This document shows, piece by piece, positions 39,448 to 56,352 of a stretch of 64,000 nt of DNA. Every line of letters starts with the position of its first letter. Position 1 is the first letter of the stretch. Both the position numbers and the translations under genes were made by a program. The notes beneath the pieces were generated by a model. That model had not been told where the DNA came from, made no database searches, and worked only from the letters and a program-made list of their open reading frames with translations. The DNA comes from Octopus vulgaris (lineage: Eukaryota), in the NCBI GenBank assembly GCA_951406725.2, contig OX597833.1:24986001-25050000 (forward strand). Reading direction: 5' to 3'.

Positions 39448-40740
39448 TCTCAAGTCACCCCATAAGTTCTGTCCGAATTTTGAATAAAGAAAACATGTGA
39501 TAAAATGTTATATTTAATTGAAATTGAATCATCAATGTACTTTTCCTGATTATCTATAACTTCCTTCCATCTATTTACAAGCTTTTTAATCCCATCAGTG
39601 TAAAACTCTTTTGGTTTCAAAGCGAAGAACTCTGAAATATCAGTTTCGACCTCCTCCCGGTTTTCGAAAGTTATTTCCCACAAATGATTCTCTAAACTAC
39701 GAAACAAATGGTAGCCTGAAGGAGCAAGGCCGGGAGAATAAGAAGGATGAGGAATTTTCTCCCGACCAAGTTCTTCGATCTTCTGTGATGTGATCTTTGC
39801 AGTGTGGGGTGGCGCATTGTCTTTATAAAGCATCACTCCTTTTCAATTCACGAAAGCGGGTCTTTTTTTCTTCAAAGCTTGGTTCAAACACTCTAATTGC
39901 TGACAGGAAACTTGAGCATTGATTGTTGCATTAGGTGGTAACAATTCAAAGTGAATTACTCCTTTGCAATCCCACCAGATTGACTGAAGAACCTTTTTTC
40001 TCATGAAGTTCCCTTCTCGGTTGTGGTTGAGCTTTTTTCCTTTTACCAAGCCACTGTTTACGACGTTTAACATTTCGATAGAAGATCCATTTTTCGTCAC
40101 CAGTCACAAGTCTATCAAAAAAGGATGAAATGAGATCGCGAGAATGGAGAAAAGAGCAGATGTCAAATCGGGATTTGTGGTTGTTTTCGGAAAATTCATG
40201 AGGCACCCATTCTCCAAGTTTAGGAAACTTTTCAAGTTGTTGAAGATGACGATGAACATTTGTATAGTTTGAACAAAGCCTTATTGCCAGTTCTTCAGCT
40301 GATAATGCAGAATTCTCTTCAAGGAGCTTGTCATCAAGGAGCTTATCATGAAACTCAATTGGACGTCCTATTGGTTCTTCATCCTCAAGTCTGAAATCTC
40401 CACTTCTGAATGTTGCAAACCATCATCTGCGATTTCTTTCATTCAAGCATCCTTTCCCATAAACTGAGTGTATGTTTCAAGTCGCTTCGGCTGCAGAGTT
40501 TCCGTTTTTGTACCCATAAAGCATTATGTGCCTCAAATACTCTTTGGATACTTCCATGTTAGAAAGGGTTTTATCAAAGAAATTTTAATTCTATTACTCT
40601 GTAAAATAATATTTATTAGTGTAAATGTACACAAATGCAAAAATATAAATTTAAATTCCATTAGACATTTAAAAATACTATTAAGTTTTATTCAATTTAA
40701 AAACGGTAAAATCGGACAGAACTTATGGGATGACTTTATA
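39448..40740 (-). mobile_element. Full-length (~1.29 kb) defective mariner transposon
   Basis: TIRs AAGTCAYCCCATAAGTTCTGTCCGA at 39452-39476 and 40712-40736; transposase pieces WVPHEF, VTGDEKW, DNAPPH, YSPGLAPSGY, with frameshifts. Confidence 0.95.
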
Positions 40741-41784
40741 TATATAAATATATGTATGTATTTATGTATGTATGCATATATGAATATATGTGTGTAGGTA
40801 GGTAGTTATACAACATGTTTACATGTACATTAGGCCAATCATTACCTTATATATCAATCCGTTTTGTATATGTTCTTATCTGTGTTTTGGAAAAGACGCC
40901 AGAGGGACGCCAGTGTCATTTTCTAATAAAATCTAAGCATGTTTTATGAATGTGTTTCGGTTGTAACTGTTATACATTTTTAACCATAATAACTAAATAT
41001 TTCAGCAAATTTGCGAAACTAGAAATACTTTTAATATTACCATCATTATAATTCTCAAGTTTTATGTGATTATAGATCTTATTGAAGCTTTATAGCCTAT
41101 GTGTAATAAATAATATATAGTGATTTACTCTGCCAGCAAAAAATATAAAATTCTCATATTTTCATGTATTGATGGATATAAATTTTAAAGAAATTCTTTT
41201 CCATTTAGCAATCAGGTGCTTTTCTTCACCGCCTTTTATTGAAAGAATTTTGCATTCATGGAAAACATGAAATTCTTATTTCTTAATCAAACCAACTGAT
41301 TGCGTTATGCAAATATTTGTAGTTCTTTCAATTGAAGCTTTAAAGTTTTTAGATATACACCACAATGTTATATGGTAGATATTCAATTTAGCTGCAGATG
41401 TTTTCAATGTTTACAATATTTTATCTGGTTGAAAAAAATTAGTTAACAGCCTGATACGATTAGGTATCTGTCTGTGAAGTTCACCAACTCTTAAAAAAAT
41501 TGTATGTTGCAAATTCTGGAGATGTTATTAATTTTGCGACTACATATCTGAGAAACGCATCAAACTTTGACAGGGTTACAACATTTGGAAAAAAATATAA
41601 GATCTCACTTTTTAGACAATTCCTTTCCAAAATAACGGCAGATTGTTTTAAGTCATTTAAAATTTAAATTTGAATGTGAAATTTAATTTTAAAATGACGA
41701 GCTTTTTTCGTAACTTATGAAATTATTCCATATTCTTTACTTTTTCTGTGACGCACTATAATTAATGAATGAGACAAGATTTTA

Positions 41785-42230
41785 AAAGGTCGGCCAGCAT
41801 TCTTCTGTTTGGTGGCTTTGGCGAAAGAGGTTGTGTGGTGGATAAGACTGATTAGGCTGGAGACAGCTTCCATTTTAGCCAAGCCCTCATCAACTTCTTC
41901 AAGTTCCACTTTGTGCCGTCTCACAAATTTGTTGTAAGTTGGGTAAATGTGACAAGGGTGGTTAAAGTGGATGAGCCTGCTCTGAGCATGCGCCAAAAGA
42001 CCGAGGGAAGGTTATTGGGAGAGAATAGTTGTGCTAGTTGTCAGTGTGATCGTGGTTTTGTGAGTTCCCTTCAAAGAGTTCTCAAGTTTCCCACTTTTGA
42101 AAAACATTTTCTTTTTTACTTGTTTTTTTCCTCTGTCTGTTTTTGGCATATTTTCTTTTCATATCTCCATGTAACCCTATCATTCATTGCATTGTATCAA
42201 TTTGTAACATCCGTGCACTTTGCTTAAGCC
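41785..42230 (+). mobile_element. Tx1/L1-like LINE 3' fragment
   Basis: VALAKEVVWW...FFKFH...ALSMRQ is homologous to VALTKESL...FHLRRK...ARSMRL at 25800-26010. Confidence 0.55.
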
Positions 42231-42236
42231 CTAAGA

Positions 42237-42341
42237 CCTTCTTCTTCTTCTTCTTCTTCTTCTTCTTCTTCTTCTTCTTCTTCTTCTTCTTCTTCTTCTT
42301 CTTCTTCTTCTTCTTCTTCTTCTTCTTCTTCTTCTTCTTCT

Positions 42342-42376
<35 letters not shown>

Positions 42377-42377
42377 T
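42237..42377. repeat. (CTT)n microsatellite
   Basis: Direct reading. Confidence 0.98.
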
Positions 42378-42414
42378 AGAATAATGATCCCAATTGTGAA
42401 GAAAATATTGATTA

Positions 42415-42470
<56 letters not shown>

Positions 42471-42949
42471 TAATTACTATAACGAAGATGGAATGATGAA
42501 TATGATAACGATGCAATACATATGAAGATAAAATTCTTATTATTGCAATAAAGCGATGAAATTATCTAGTAATACTGATCTATACCTAAGGCGTTTAATA
42601 AGAAATCTCCGGTGAGATGAAAAACTGATAATTTGCATAAAAGTAGATACGGTTTTCTTTTTAGCAATAAGTATTCAAGTATTTTGTAAATAAACATTAA
42701 GCTGGGAATTGGAAAAATAACAAAAAGGACTTTGCTGAATAATTAGGTGTAACGAGATTCTATGTTCTTTTTAGTAAACAGGTGTAGTCTCGTTTTATGC
42801 AGCACGGTTTCTTTTTGCTCTATCCCTTAACTTAACTGCGGTATTTGATGAAGCGCGTATTAGTGTTGAGTCTTTGTTATAGGAAATGCTGTCTGATGTG
42901 CGAGTCACTTCACTTGATGTATAGTGCGTTTGGAGGAAAACCAATTCTC

Positions 42950-43830
42950 AAGCTGTCACAGTCAATAGAGGCTTGTAGAAGATATCAGTCACAGTGATCT
43001 GGGAGAGAGCCAAGGTACTCACGAAAATTATTAGAATAGTATATTCTGGATGACTTTCAAAGAGAATATTATGGATAATTTCTAGACGACCTCGGCCTAG
43101 TACAGCAGGTTCGGGGGATTTTGTTTTGTTCTGCATATATTCTAGAAGCACAGGTGTGTTGGAGCCGTGACAGGCGCTGGGTAATGAAACCGTCTAGCAA
43201 CCTATCATTCTATGTCTGTGCAATGGCGTTTATGAGATCTAGCTGTCATCCGAGTCTGCAGTAGATCCATCATCCTGTAGGGAGGATGAATCTACTGTCT
43301 TTATTCTGACAAAGAAAAATAGGTACTTTTCCAGTGTCTGGTGATTATGACAAGGAAGATGAATGGTGACCGCAATTAAGCTATCCTTATGATCTCTACT
43401 CTTTCAATGTTGGAAATACATCTGGATATGTATGGGCAAACCTTGGTAAAAGTTTTCTGAAAGAAAACTAGCAGTTGTTCGTGCATGCAAGCTACCCTCC
43501 TTTGAACACCCCACCGATGTACATCTAAAGAAAAGGCTATTAATTTTAGACAATACAGCTTAACACCAGTGATACAAAGGGCGTTTCTAAAAGAACGAAA
43601 AGACCTGAACAGATGCCACAAGCAATATTGTCTGAACCTTGACATTTTTTCCTGTTCACTACACAGAACTGGTATACTTTAATCAACGCCGAAAGAATAA
43701 AAGACAAAATTTGTCTAGGGTGAAATTTTTGATCAATGAACAACTTTCTGTAACAATGCTTGGCCTAGGACATTTTGGAAATTGTTCATAATATCCTATT
43801 TGAAGATCATCCAGATAAGCCAACACCTCG
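42950..43830. mobile_element. Two divergently oriented decayed LINE (RTE-like) fragments
   Basis: LEIIHNILFESHPE (minus, ~43040-43100) vs EIVHNILFEDHPD (plus, ~43775-43818). Confidence 0.35.
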
Positions 43831-43924
43831 CCAGCCCCGAGAATTGCTAAGTTCAGTCATTGCTAATAACTTCAAACGCATCTCTATAGAATGGGACATC
43901 TTGTGCCATTCTGTCAAATATTCT

Positions 43925-44737
43925 GAAAATGGCAAATATTGGGTTAAACTAAACAGAAAAGATATAGGCAAAGCAAAATCCCAACCATGGCTGAGAAGCT
44001 CAGGACTAAAGCAGAGACTGGAGGATTTTAATTACATCACAAGATCAAAGCCTTCCCACCAGAAATCAACAAAAACATGCGGCGAAAAGAAATACAAGTA
44101 GCTATGGAGATGGAGATGGAGAAGAAACAATATATCATAGATGGACATAGAAGCAATAAATCATATTGTCTCTGGCTGCCTAGTCCTGGCTAAGAAGGAA
44201 TATATTCAAAGACACTACAGTGTTGGGACCTATATACGTTGGAAGCTATACCAACACTATGGAATAACAACAGAAGAAAAATGGTACAGACACACGCCAG
44301 AAATGGTCACAGAAAATGAGAAAGCAACCATAATTTGGGATATGCCAATACACACAGAGAAATTAAGGCCGATAGGCCGGATATAACTGTCGGAGATCAA
44401 GAAAAATGCTTTCTAATCCATGTATCAATACCAACAGATGACAATGTTTCCCTAAAAGAAACGGAGAGATTTCAAAATACAAAGATCTGGAACTAAAGGT
44501 AACTTGAATGTGGAGCCTAAAAACAGAAACAATTCGTATTACAGTAGGCGCATTAAGTATGATAAAAAACATTCAAACAAATACATAACAAAAACATATA
44601 GCACTGCACATCCTACGTACAACACTTTCAATACAGGGAAATAAAAGCATCATAACAGATCACAGCACATACCCAAGGCACACAGAGATGCGCTCGGTAA
44701 TGCAGTGAAAGCACGTGATAAAAATAAAACTGCTGAA
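43925..44737 (+). mobile_element. Decayed R4/Dong-like LINE 3' fragment ending in (AAT)n
   Basis: GKY...WLRSSGLK, HIVSGC..LAKKEY.QRH, WDMPIHT, RPDI motifs. Confidence 0.85.
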
Positions 44738-44847
44738 TAATAATAATAATAATAATAATAACAACAAAAACAACAACAACAACAATAATATTAATAATAA
44801 TAATAATAATAATGATAATAATAATAATAATAATGATAATAATAATG

Positions 44848-44889
<42 letters not shown>

Positions 44890-44891
44890 TA

Positions 44892-45260
44892 GGCGCAGGA
44901 GTGGCTGTGTGGTAAGTAGCTTGCTAACCAACCACACGGTTGCGGGTTCAGTCCCACTGCGTGGCATCTTGGGCAAGTGTCTTCTGCGCAAGCCCCGGGC
45001 CGACCAATGCCTTGTGAGTGGATTTGGTAGACGGAAACTGAAAGAAGCCTGTCGTATATATGTATATATATGTATATGTGTGTGTGTTTGTGTGTCTGTG
45101 TTTGTCCCCCTAGCATTGCTTGACAACCGATGCTGGTGTGTTTACGTCCCCGTCACTTAGCGGTTCGGCAAAAAGAGACCGATAGAATAAGTACTAAAAG
45201 GTGGTGCTCCAGCATGGCCGCAGTCAAATGACTGAAACAAGTAAAAGAGTAAAAGAGTAA
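44892..45260 (+). mobile_element. tRNA-derived SINE family B (CORE-like), near full length
   Basis: A box TGGCTGTGTGG, B box GGTTCAGTCCC, CTTGGGCAAGTG core, (GTAAAAGA)n tail. Confidence 0.85.
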
Positions 45261-45285
45261 TAATAATAATAATAATAATAATAAT

Positions 45286-47366
45286 CAACTGCTAATTAAT
45301 CGTATGATCCTTGAGAACTGTCACAACAAGCGCAGGAATCTCAGCTCCGCATGAATTGACTATAAAAAGGCCTTCGACAGTAAACCGCATCCATGGATCT
45401 TGAGATCGCTGGACATCTTCAAAATTTCCCCTGTGATTTCAAGCTTCCTGAAGCACAATATGTCGTTGTGGAATACGAATCTCCAATTGTACCACTCTAA
45501 TGGAGTACTTGCCTCAGAAAATATAAACATCAACTGTGGAATTTTTCAAGGTGACTCACTTTCACCTTTAATATTCTGCATAGCCCTAATACCCCTTACA
45601 TGCGAATTAAACAGAACAGGGTATGGGTATAAAATTGCCAATAAAAAAATAAGCCATCTATTTTATATGGATGACTGAAAACTCTATGGTAAAGACAATA
45701 ATGAACATGAAGGCCTATTGTGAACTGTGAAAGCATTCAGCGATGACATCGGGATGGAGTTTGGACTTGAGAAGTGTGCCAAGGCCACTTTCCAGAAAAG
45801 GAAAGTGAAGACCACAAATTCAGTCGTGTTAGATGTTGACACAGTCATAAGAGAGCTTGAGCAAGAACAAACATACAAATATTTAGGGATAAATGAAGGC
45901 TCTGGTATTAAGCATGCAAGCATGAAAGAGAAGATCAGGAGGGAATGTTATAGGAGAGATCGTGCAGTCCTGAAATCTGAACTAAATGCACGTAACAAGG
46001 TGTTAGCTATAAATTCCTTAGCAGTTCCAGTTGTTACTTATAGCTACAATGTGTTGAACTGGAATATGAGTGAAGTAAAGAATATAGATAGGACAATACG
46101 CAAGCTGCTGAGTTGTAATAGGATGCACCACCCAAAGGCAGACGTAGATCGCCTTTACCTTCCCAGAGCCCAAGGAGGTCGAAGCCTGATCCACTTTGAA
46201 CTAGCTTACAAAACAACCACAATTGGACTGGCCAAATATCTTGAAATAACGAATGACTGGATGCTAAAGCTCGTGGAAAATCACGAGAGACGAAAGAAGC
46301 TTCATTCTATCATAAAGGAAAGCAAAAAATTTGCTATTGATCTCGTGCAGGATACCCAAACTGAACAATCCGAGGGCAACTATTGTTGCAAAGAAGGTGA
46401 AAATAATGGCAACGAAAAACGCGCACGAGCAATTGGGATAGGTGGGAGGAGAAACCTCTGCACGGCAAATATGTGGCCCGCAACAAACAAGCTGATGTTG
46501 ACCAGAAGCAAACCCATCAGTGGCTACGGAGCTCAGGGCTAAAAGCAGAGAGCGAAGGTTTCATCCTGGTTGCTGAAGATCAAAGCCTGTTAACCCGGAA
46601 CTACCAGGCCAATGTGATGAAAAATGGAGCAGAACCAAAATGCCGATTTTGCAACGACATGATTGAAACAGTGGACCACCTAATCTCTGGATGTAAAGTC
46701 TTAGCGCCAGTGAAGTATAAATTAAGACATGACAGAGTTGGCCAATATCTACACTGGCTAATAAGTCGGCATTACAATATCAAAACTGCCGACAAGTGGT
46801 ATAATCACCACCTTGAAGCTGTAACTGAAGGAGAAAATGTAACAATTCTGTGGGATTTTCCAGTACATACAGACCGAACCATCAAAGCCAATAAACCAGA
46901 TATTGTTGTGAAAGACCAAAACAATAAAGTTTGCTTATTGATCGACATGAGCATCCCCTGTGATCATGATATCCCAGCGAAAGAGTTTGACAAGCTCAGA
47001 AAATATAAAGACCTACTCATTGAAATTGAGAAAATGTGGCATCTCAAGGCGGTTACAATACCAGTGATCGTAGGAGCACTAAGAGTGATCAAGAAGGGAA
47101 CCGAAAATTATATGAGAATGATCCCTGGCTTACCATCCCTGCAAGAAGTGCAAAAGATTGTCTTAACTGGTACATCACACGTATTGAGAAGAGCATTGTC
47201 GATGTGAGAACTATTACTACCCATGTATTTTAATTTAACTTTAAAAAAAAATGAACGAACTATTGAGTTTAGTTTAATGGCCTACCAATGTATACTATGA
47301 GTTTCTTTGCCCTAGGAGTCGGGAAGACACTCGACAAGAAATGGAAGCAAATTTGGAAGAAGGAAA

Positions 47367-47367
<1 letters not shown>
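45286..47367 (+). mobile_element. 5'-truncated R4/Dong-like LINE (RT + CCHC + REL), flanked by (TAA)n on both sides
   Basis: IDYKKAFDS, GIFQGDSLSPL, YMDD, YKYLG, CRFC..ETVDHLISGC, RHD, KPDIVV..IDMSIP; a few stops and frameshifts. Confidence 0.93.
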
Positions 47368-47435
<68 letters not shown>

Positions 47436-47759
47436 CATAGACAGCCAGACAATATGGTCAACCGTTTCATTGTGCATTTAGTGTTAGGGTCTGTTTTCTA
47501 TAAAAGCAAAATAATGAAAATAGCCCCGAACAGTAAGCACAAAATGTACAACCAATACAATGGGTCAGTTAGCCACTTTGCCCCTTGCAGCCCAGTCCAA
47601 ATTTAATTATATGAATACGGATATCACCACGTAAGTAGTTATAGCCACCGGGCAATGTGCCAACACTACAACATAAAAACTAACACTAAATGGTGTAAGT
47701 GTATGCAAAATAGAGTACATGACAATGACCAGGTCACAATGCCTTAGTATATGCCTGTT

Positions 47760-48100
47760 CTAACTGGGAAAGAAATCAAAGTTAAACACCCACACATGAT
47801 AATCAAGCATAGAAAGAAAGAAAAACTGCTTAGTGATACACACTGCAATCGATTCTCGCTCAAATTTTGCACCAAAAGCAGAGGAAAATTTCTCAAACTA
47901 CAACGATATCGAAATTGAAGCGTTCAAGATGTGGTGCATGAATGTGAAAATAGCAGCTGTTATAATTAGAGCGTTGGCGATGACAAAAAACATATGAACA
48001 AAAATATAGAATCTATACCTCTACACTGAATATTGCACACTATCGAAAAACAAAAAAATCTGCTATAAGTAGTCCACATCCGACGCAAGATACTACGAAT
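47760..48100 (+). mobile_element. Very decayed R4/Dong-like REL fragment
   Basis: Y.DIEIE..KMW....AVIIRAL remnants. Confidence 0.45.
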
Positions 48101-48473
48101 TCAATATTACAATACAAATAAAACAATCCTGAATTACAAGACACACTCCACAGAGTAAGTATCAAATAAAATTAACAAATCCCATATGCTTTACAGGCCG
48201 GATACACAACAGAATAACACAAATTGCATTACACATACTGCATTATACAAACATTAATACAACAAAAGACTGCGACCAAATCCCATATAAAGGCAATCTG
48301 AAGCAATATAATACCGGATAGAGTTTGTAACTCCTCTCCCACCACTACCACCGAGAAAAAAGGAAAAAAGGAAAAGAACACACAATACTTCACACTTCAG
48401 CAACACGAAGGTGTAGCAGGGGATGCAGTAGCAATGTACCTGAAACTGTCAAACGTGCATAATGATCATGATA

Positions 48474-48514
<41 letters not shown>

Positions 48515-48951
48515 GATGATGATGATAATAATAATAATAAAAACAACAGCAACAACATCAACAACAACAATAATAATAATAACAAACAGTAATCATAATT
48601 TTTCACATTGGGGTAAAATGTCAAATCATTACCATCATCCTCATCCTCCTCCTCCTCATCATCATCATCGTAGTCGTCGTCGTCCTCATCGTCGTCGTCG
48701 CCATCATTATTTTTATTATTATTGAGTGAGAGAGCAGCGCATGCTATCAAAAGTGACATAAGGGTGCAAATATACGAAGCCCTGTAAACTCATCATGACT
48801 ACCCGTCTGATAAGGATACACCAGGCATATGCATCACAAGCCCATCTTTTATACCAAAGCAAAACATAGATGATAATACTTCCAATCAGTTAATATCAAA
48901 AGCCATGAGTGTTACGGCCTGGCACTGCATCAAGGCAATAATAATAATATC

Positions 48952-49020
<69 letters not shown>

Positions 49021-49022
49021 TA

Positions 49023-50354
<1,332 letters not shown>

Positions 50355-50479
50355 TATGGTTTCCTTTTATTATAACTTTATTTCAGCTGCCTAAGTACCG
50401 GGCATCCTCCGGGGGCCAAGAGTAGCAAGTGCACTTTTATTTTGCTAAGCATGATAAAATTATCGTCACAGTTATTCCA

Positions 50480-51690
50480 TTTTAGATGGAGAGTGCTTTC
50501 TGTAGTATATGGGCTATACCCAATAAGGTTATCCTTTGTAGTTCACAGAGATTGAAGTTACCACGGAGTTGCTTAATATACTTCTCAGCTCCATTCTTTA
50601 TCATTCCCAATGCACCAATTACTACTCGTATTATCGTAGTACAACGCTTCCACATTTTTGTGATTTCAAGTTGCAGATCTTTATAGTGAGAAAGCTTTTT
50701 GTATTCCTTTCTTGAGATATTTTGATCTTGTCGGACAGATATATTTATTAACAGACAAGTTCCTCTTTTGTAGTCCTGGAGTCAAATTTTCTGTCTGTTT
50801 GTATTGGGAATTTCCAAAGTATGGTTACACCCTCGCTATTTACTACAACCTATGGACGGTTACCTGTACCATTTATCATTGGATTTAATTGTGTAGTATT
50901 TTCAAGCATTATATTAGATGTACTGCCCTAGACGGTCATGTCTTATGAGGTACACCTTCTCAGCAAGGACTGGGCAGTCAAAAACAACATCATCAATTGT
51001 CTCTGTGAATTTTCTGCAAATTCTGCACGAGGTGTCAGATCCATCTTTAAGGAAGTTTGCAAGGTAGTTTCTGGTAGGTAAGATCTGACCTTAACAAAAC
51101 TTTGATTTCCCTTTCAGACCTGCCCCTTTTAGCAATTGGTACATTAGAGTTTGATCTATATCTAGTTTGGACAGACAGTTAGGGTATTTTCCTTGCAGGG
51201 GTTTACCTTTCCAGTTGTCTTCGATATTATTCATGCAAGCCTTCTTTGCTTTTTGTTTGATGATCTTTGCATCAATGAGAGGTTTGTCACTATTTAGATC
51301 TCGTTGGCCTTTCAGATTGTTAATTTCTAAATCAGGAGAAGCAATGGTAGGTCTGACAGTATTTGGGTGACTTCGGTCATTTTTATTGTTAGACTGAAGC
51401 CTACTTGGAATCTACATATTTCAGTGCAGTTCATTAGAGCACATCACTTGTACATCATTGCAGATGTGGGGGATTGTTCGAGCTGTATCAGGCCTCTTCC
51501 ACCTATTTTTCTTGAGAGATAAATCCTGTCTACATCTTATTTTGGATGGTGCATTCAGTACCTTGTAAGAATTTTACGGATCTTTCCATCCATATTCTGC
51601 ATGTCCGTGAGACTCCACTTAATGATATCGAAGTTAAATGTGGTTACTGGTATAGCCAAAGAATTGATCGCATTTACTATGTTAGCAAAA
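50480..51690 (-). mobile_element. Decayed R4/Dong-like LINE
   Basis: CRICRKFTETIDD, RHDRLGQY, YKDLQLEITKMW, VIGALG motifs on minus, across frameshifts. Confidence 0.75.
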
Positions 51691-51694
51691 TAAT

Positions 51695-51727
<33 letters not shown>

Positions 51728-51742
51728 AATAATAATAATAAT

Positions 51743-51848
<106 letters not shown>

Positions 51849-52173
51849 GTTACTATTATTATTGTTATTATTATTATTATCATTATTATGGGAAGACTGC
51901 ATTCTCTTGAAGAATTTATATCAAAACGTTTACGAAGTTGGTCAACATATCCGTATTCTTTTTCTATTAGAGATATTTTTAAAGAGATAAAAGTCTGATA
52001 ATATTTTTGGCAAACACTACTCGAAGAGATATATTGTAATATTGCTAATTAGATTTCTTGTCTATGTTTGCAATTTCGAACGACAGTTTTAAAAATTGTT
52101 TTATGATATTATTGAGAAAGAAATTGTTTACGAAATCCCGCTATGTAATATATAAGAATAAAGACATATATAC

Positions 52174-52239
<66 letters not shown>

Positions 52240-52379
52240 ATATATTTTCATTTATTTATCGATTTATCTATTTAAATATAAATTAATGTAGTTATGAGCG
52301 TCATTTAACAGTATTTATAGCTCACGAGATGAAGTGCTTTTTGTTGGTCTTACCTTAACAGAAAAGTAAACCATATGTA

Positions 52380-52498
<119 letters not shown>

Positions 52499-52859
52499 GA
52501 TGATGATGATAATGATAATGATGATTATGATGATGATGATAATGATGATGATAATAATATTATTATTATTATTATCATTATTATTATTATTATTATAATT
52601 ATTATTATTATTATTATTATTATTATTTTTTAATTATTATTATTATTATCATTGCTACTATTATTGTTGTTGCTGTTATTGTTGTTATCGTTGTTGTCGT
52701 CGCCGTTGTGCGCATCGGTTATCAAAATCTAGACATCATGACTGATACTATATGCTCAGTGAACATTGTAAACGCTGTAAGACCTGAAATGCAGAAATGG
52801 AACGGCGACAACTAGGCCGTGACCAGTGGGAATTGATACAGTAGGCGTTCTAACTGAGT

Positions 52860-53340
52860 CTGCGCGCTGAAATTCATCTCGCATGTTTGGAGTGAGATAC
52901 ATTACGGTAAATTCAGACGGCTATGTGATGCTACGAGACAATGATTCTAGAGGTGAACTATTCAAACCTTACAGAATTCCGGCAAGGAAGGGTTGTGCTG
53001 GAACGCCATATGAGTACAACTTATTGCCAATCCTTCGGAAAGCATCTGAAGGGGTTGGAGAATGGCCAAGTCTTCACGAGCCCCAATTTCAGGCTTTCCA
53101 ATTCCTCCGGTTAAAATCCCATGGATCAAATATGTGGGGTTAGGGAGGAGTTGAGAATAACACCAACAGCTCTGCTTGCAACACCGAACCCGTGCTCGTG
53201 GACAAGATGAAGGAGGATTGTGAAGGTCTTTCCCCAGACACAATGAGTAAAGCATAGCGCATGTTCCTGAACCGTGTGGAAGCCGTGGAGGAAGCTGAAG
53301 GCGGCCAATTTGAGAAGATTGTTATCTCTCAGCCATAATC
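52860..53340 (+). mobile_element. Tc1/mariner (maT/DD37D-like) transposase C-terminal relic
   Basis: NPMD..MWG, LVDKMKE, MFLNRVEAVEEAEGGQFE. Confidence 0.7.
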
Positions 53341-53456
53341 TAGTTGATATTCATGGATTTTTAAAAATACATATATGTATTATTGCATTAGAAATTGTGT
53401 TTTAATTTCCTTTTACTGGAACTATCAAATTTAGCTTGCACATCCTGCACATAGTT

Positions 53457-54117
<661 letters not shown>

Positions 54118-54559
54118 ATTACAATTTGCAATTATTTACAGAAATAAATTTCGATTTGAAATGGACACTATATATATTTAAATTAATCGAGCAGAAACAA
54201 CATTCGCAATTTCAGTCTGCTATTACACAAGGCCGAAAGACATGGACGGATGCCAAAAAGAAGATTGCATTATTAGAGACATTTCATTCTTTGCCTAGGC
54301 TTTTTATTTCAGGTTGGTTGCTGTTGCTTGGGCTGTTGTTATTGTTATTTATAGTGATGGTGGGCGAAGTTGATATTTTTGAAGAAATATCTTTTTATTA
54401 AATATTTCTTTTATTTTCTCGTTTTGTCACCATAACTAATTAAACAACATAACTAACAAATCTTTCGTTTCTCTCTCTCTTTCACACACACACAAACACA
54501 TATATCGATATATGCATATATATATATATAATCATAAATATATACACATCTAATTTGCC

Positions 54560-54592
<33 letters not shown>

Positions 54593-54611
54593 ATTTGTCT
54601 GTATGCTGAGA

Positions 54612-54915
54612 TCCCCATCGGTCATGACTGACCATGTGATTGCACCTAGAAATTTACCCTCCTAGGCACAAGTCCGGGCAAGGTTGTTTATAGAAGACTA
54701 GCAGTTGCCCATGCATACCGGTCTCCTCTCTACACGCCGCCAGTGTTACCCGATACAGTTTGGCACCCGTGACGTCGCAACTCATTTCTACAGCTGAGCG
54801 AACTGGAGCAAGACCTTTTCCCCAAGAACACAACACGCAGTCCGGTCCGGGATTCGAACTCGCAACTTCACGATCGTAGGCGCCACGCTCTAACCACTGA
54901 GCCATGTGCTTTCAC
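54612..54915 (-). mobile_element. tRNA-derived SINE family D
   Basis: Head TGGCTCAGTGGTTAGAGCG (A box), GAGTTCGAATCCC (B box), followed by a non-tRNA body. Confidence 0.8.
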
Positions 54916-55185
54916 GTGTGTGCATATATATATATTTATATATATAATGAACAATAAATAATATATATATAAAAAATAAATAATATATAATATATAGAGA
55001 GAAAGTGAGAGGGAGAGAGAGAGGGAGAGAAAGTGGTCGAAAATGCCGTCAGGAGAAACCTAAGATCTCACAATAAATTTGACTAACTGCAACATATAAG
55101 TTATACTTATTTAGTGCTTTGTCCCTTTCCGTGATTCGCCAAATGTATGTATGTATGTATGTATGTATGTATGTATGTATGTATG

Positions 55186-55230
<45 letters not shown>

Positions 55231-55558
55231 GTCTGTCTGTCTGTATGTCTGTCTGTCTGCACGTATGTACGCAAGCATGTGTGTGTTTATAAGTGGCTGA
55301 GTGTAGAAATGTGTATAAATATCAAAATGTAAATGGAGAAATTCGAAATATATGTATATATATATATTTTTCACATACATATATAAATAGATAATTAAAT
55401 AGAAATGAATATTGAGAGAAGGAAAGCAACACGATACTTTTTACTTCATAGAAATATACCTAATTTATGATATATTCTGTTTTCTTCGTATATATAATGT
55501 AGCACCATTATATCTCTATATCTATCGATCTATCTGTATATTGGTTTTGAATTACGTT

Positions 55559-55627
<69 letters not shown>

Positions 55628-55799
55628 GTATATGCATATATAAATATGGTATAATATATATAACCTACACATATATGTGTGTTTTTGTGTATGAATATAC
55701 ATAGCTGTATGTATGAATCAGTTATGTGTATAAACAAAACAAATTAAATGTAACAGTTTACGTTTCACATACTATATATATATATATAAAATACATACG

Positions 55800-55852
<53 letters not shown>

Positions 55853-56089
55853 ATAAGCTGGAGGTGGAAATAGCATAGAAGTAAGTCTAAGACATTTAAA
55901 TTAAAGAGGGAATTTAATAAAAATGATTTAATAATTATGTAAAGAATATATTACTGGCTTCGATGTATGACCTATGTTGAGTGTGCGCCTTAGACTCGGC
56001 ACTCGACACACAATATCGGATGGGGAGCATACGCGAAACGGCGAAAGATTGTCGCTGGGTGCGCTCAGTAGCCTAGATATATATATATA

Positions 56090-56156
<67 letters not shown>

Positions 56157-56309
56157 ATAAACATAATCAAATAGGGTAATAAAATAAATTATTATTACCA
56201 GTGGCGTAGCACAAAAGACGAGTATAGAAATATAATAAAGGCTTCCAAATCCAAATAAGGCTTCCAAATAAGTGTTTCTAGCACTACGCTTCCTTATTTG
56301 GAAGCCTTT

Positions 56310-56352
<43 letters not shown>

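Noticed and set aside
41000-41720. Possible DNA-transposase relic
   Set aside because: No diagnostic motif or termini could be read.
54840-54915. tRNA genes at SINE heads (also 27460-27537 and 44892-44960)
   Set aside because: A/B boxes are present but there is no complete cloverleaf, and each continues into a SINE body.
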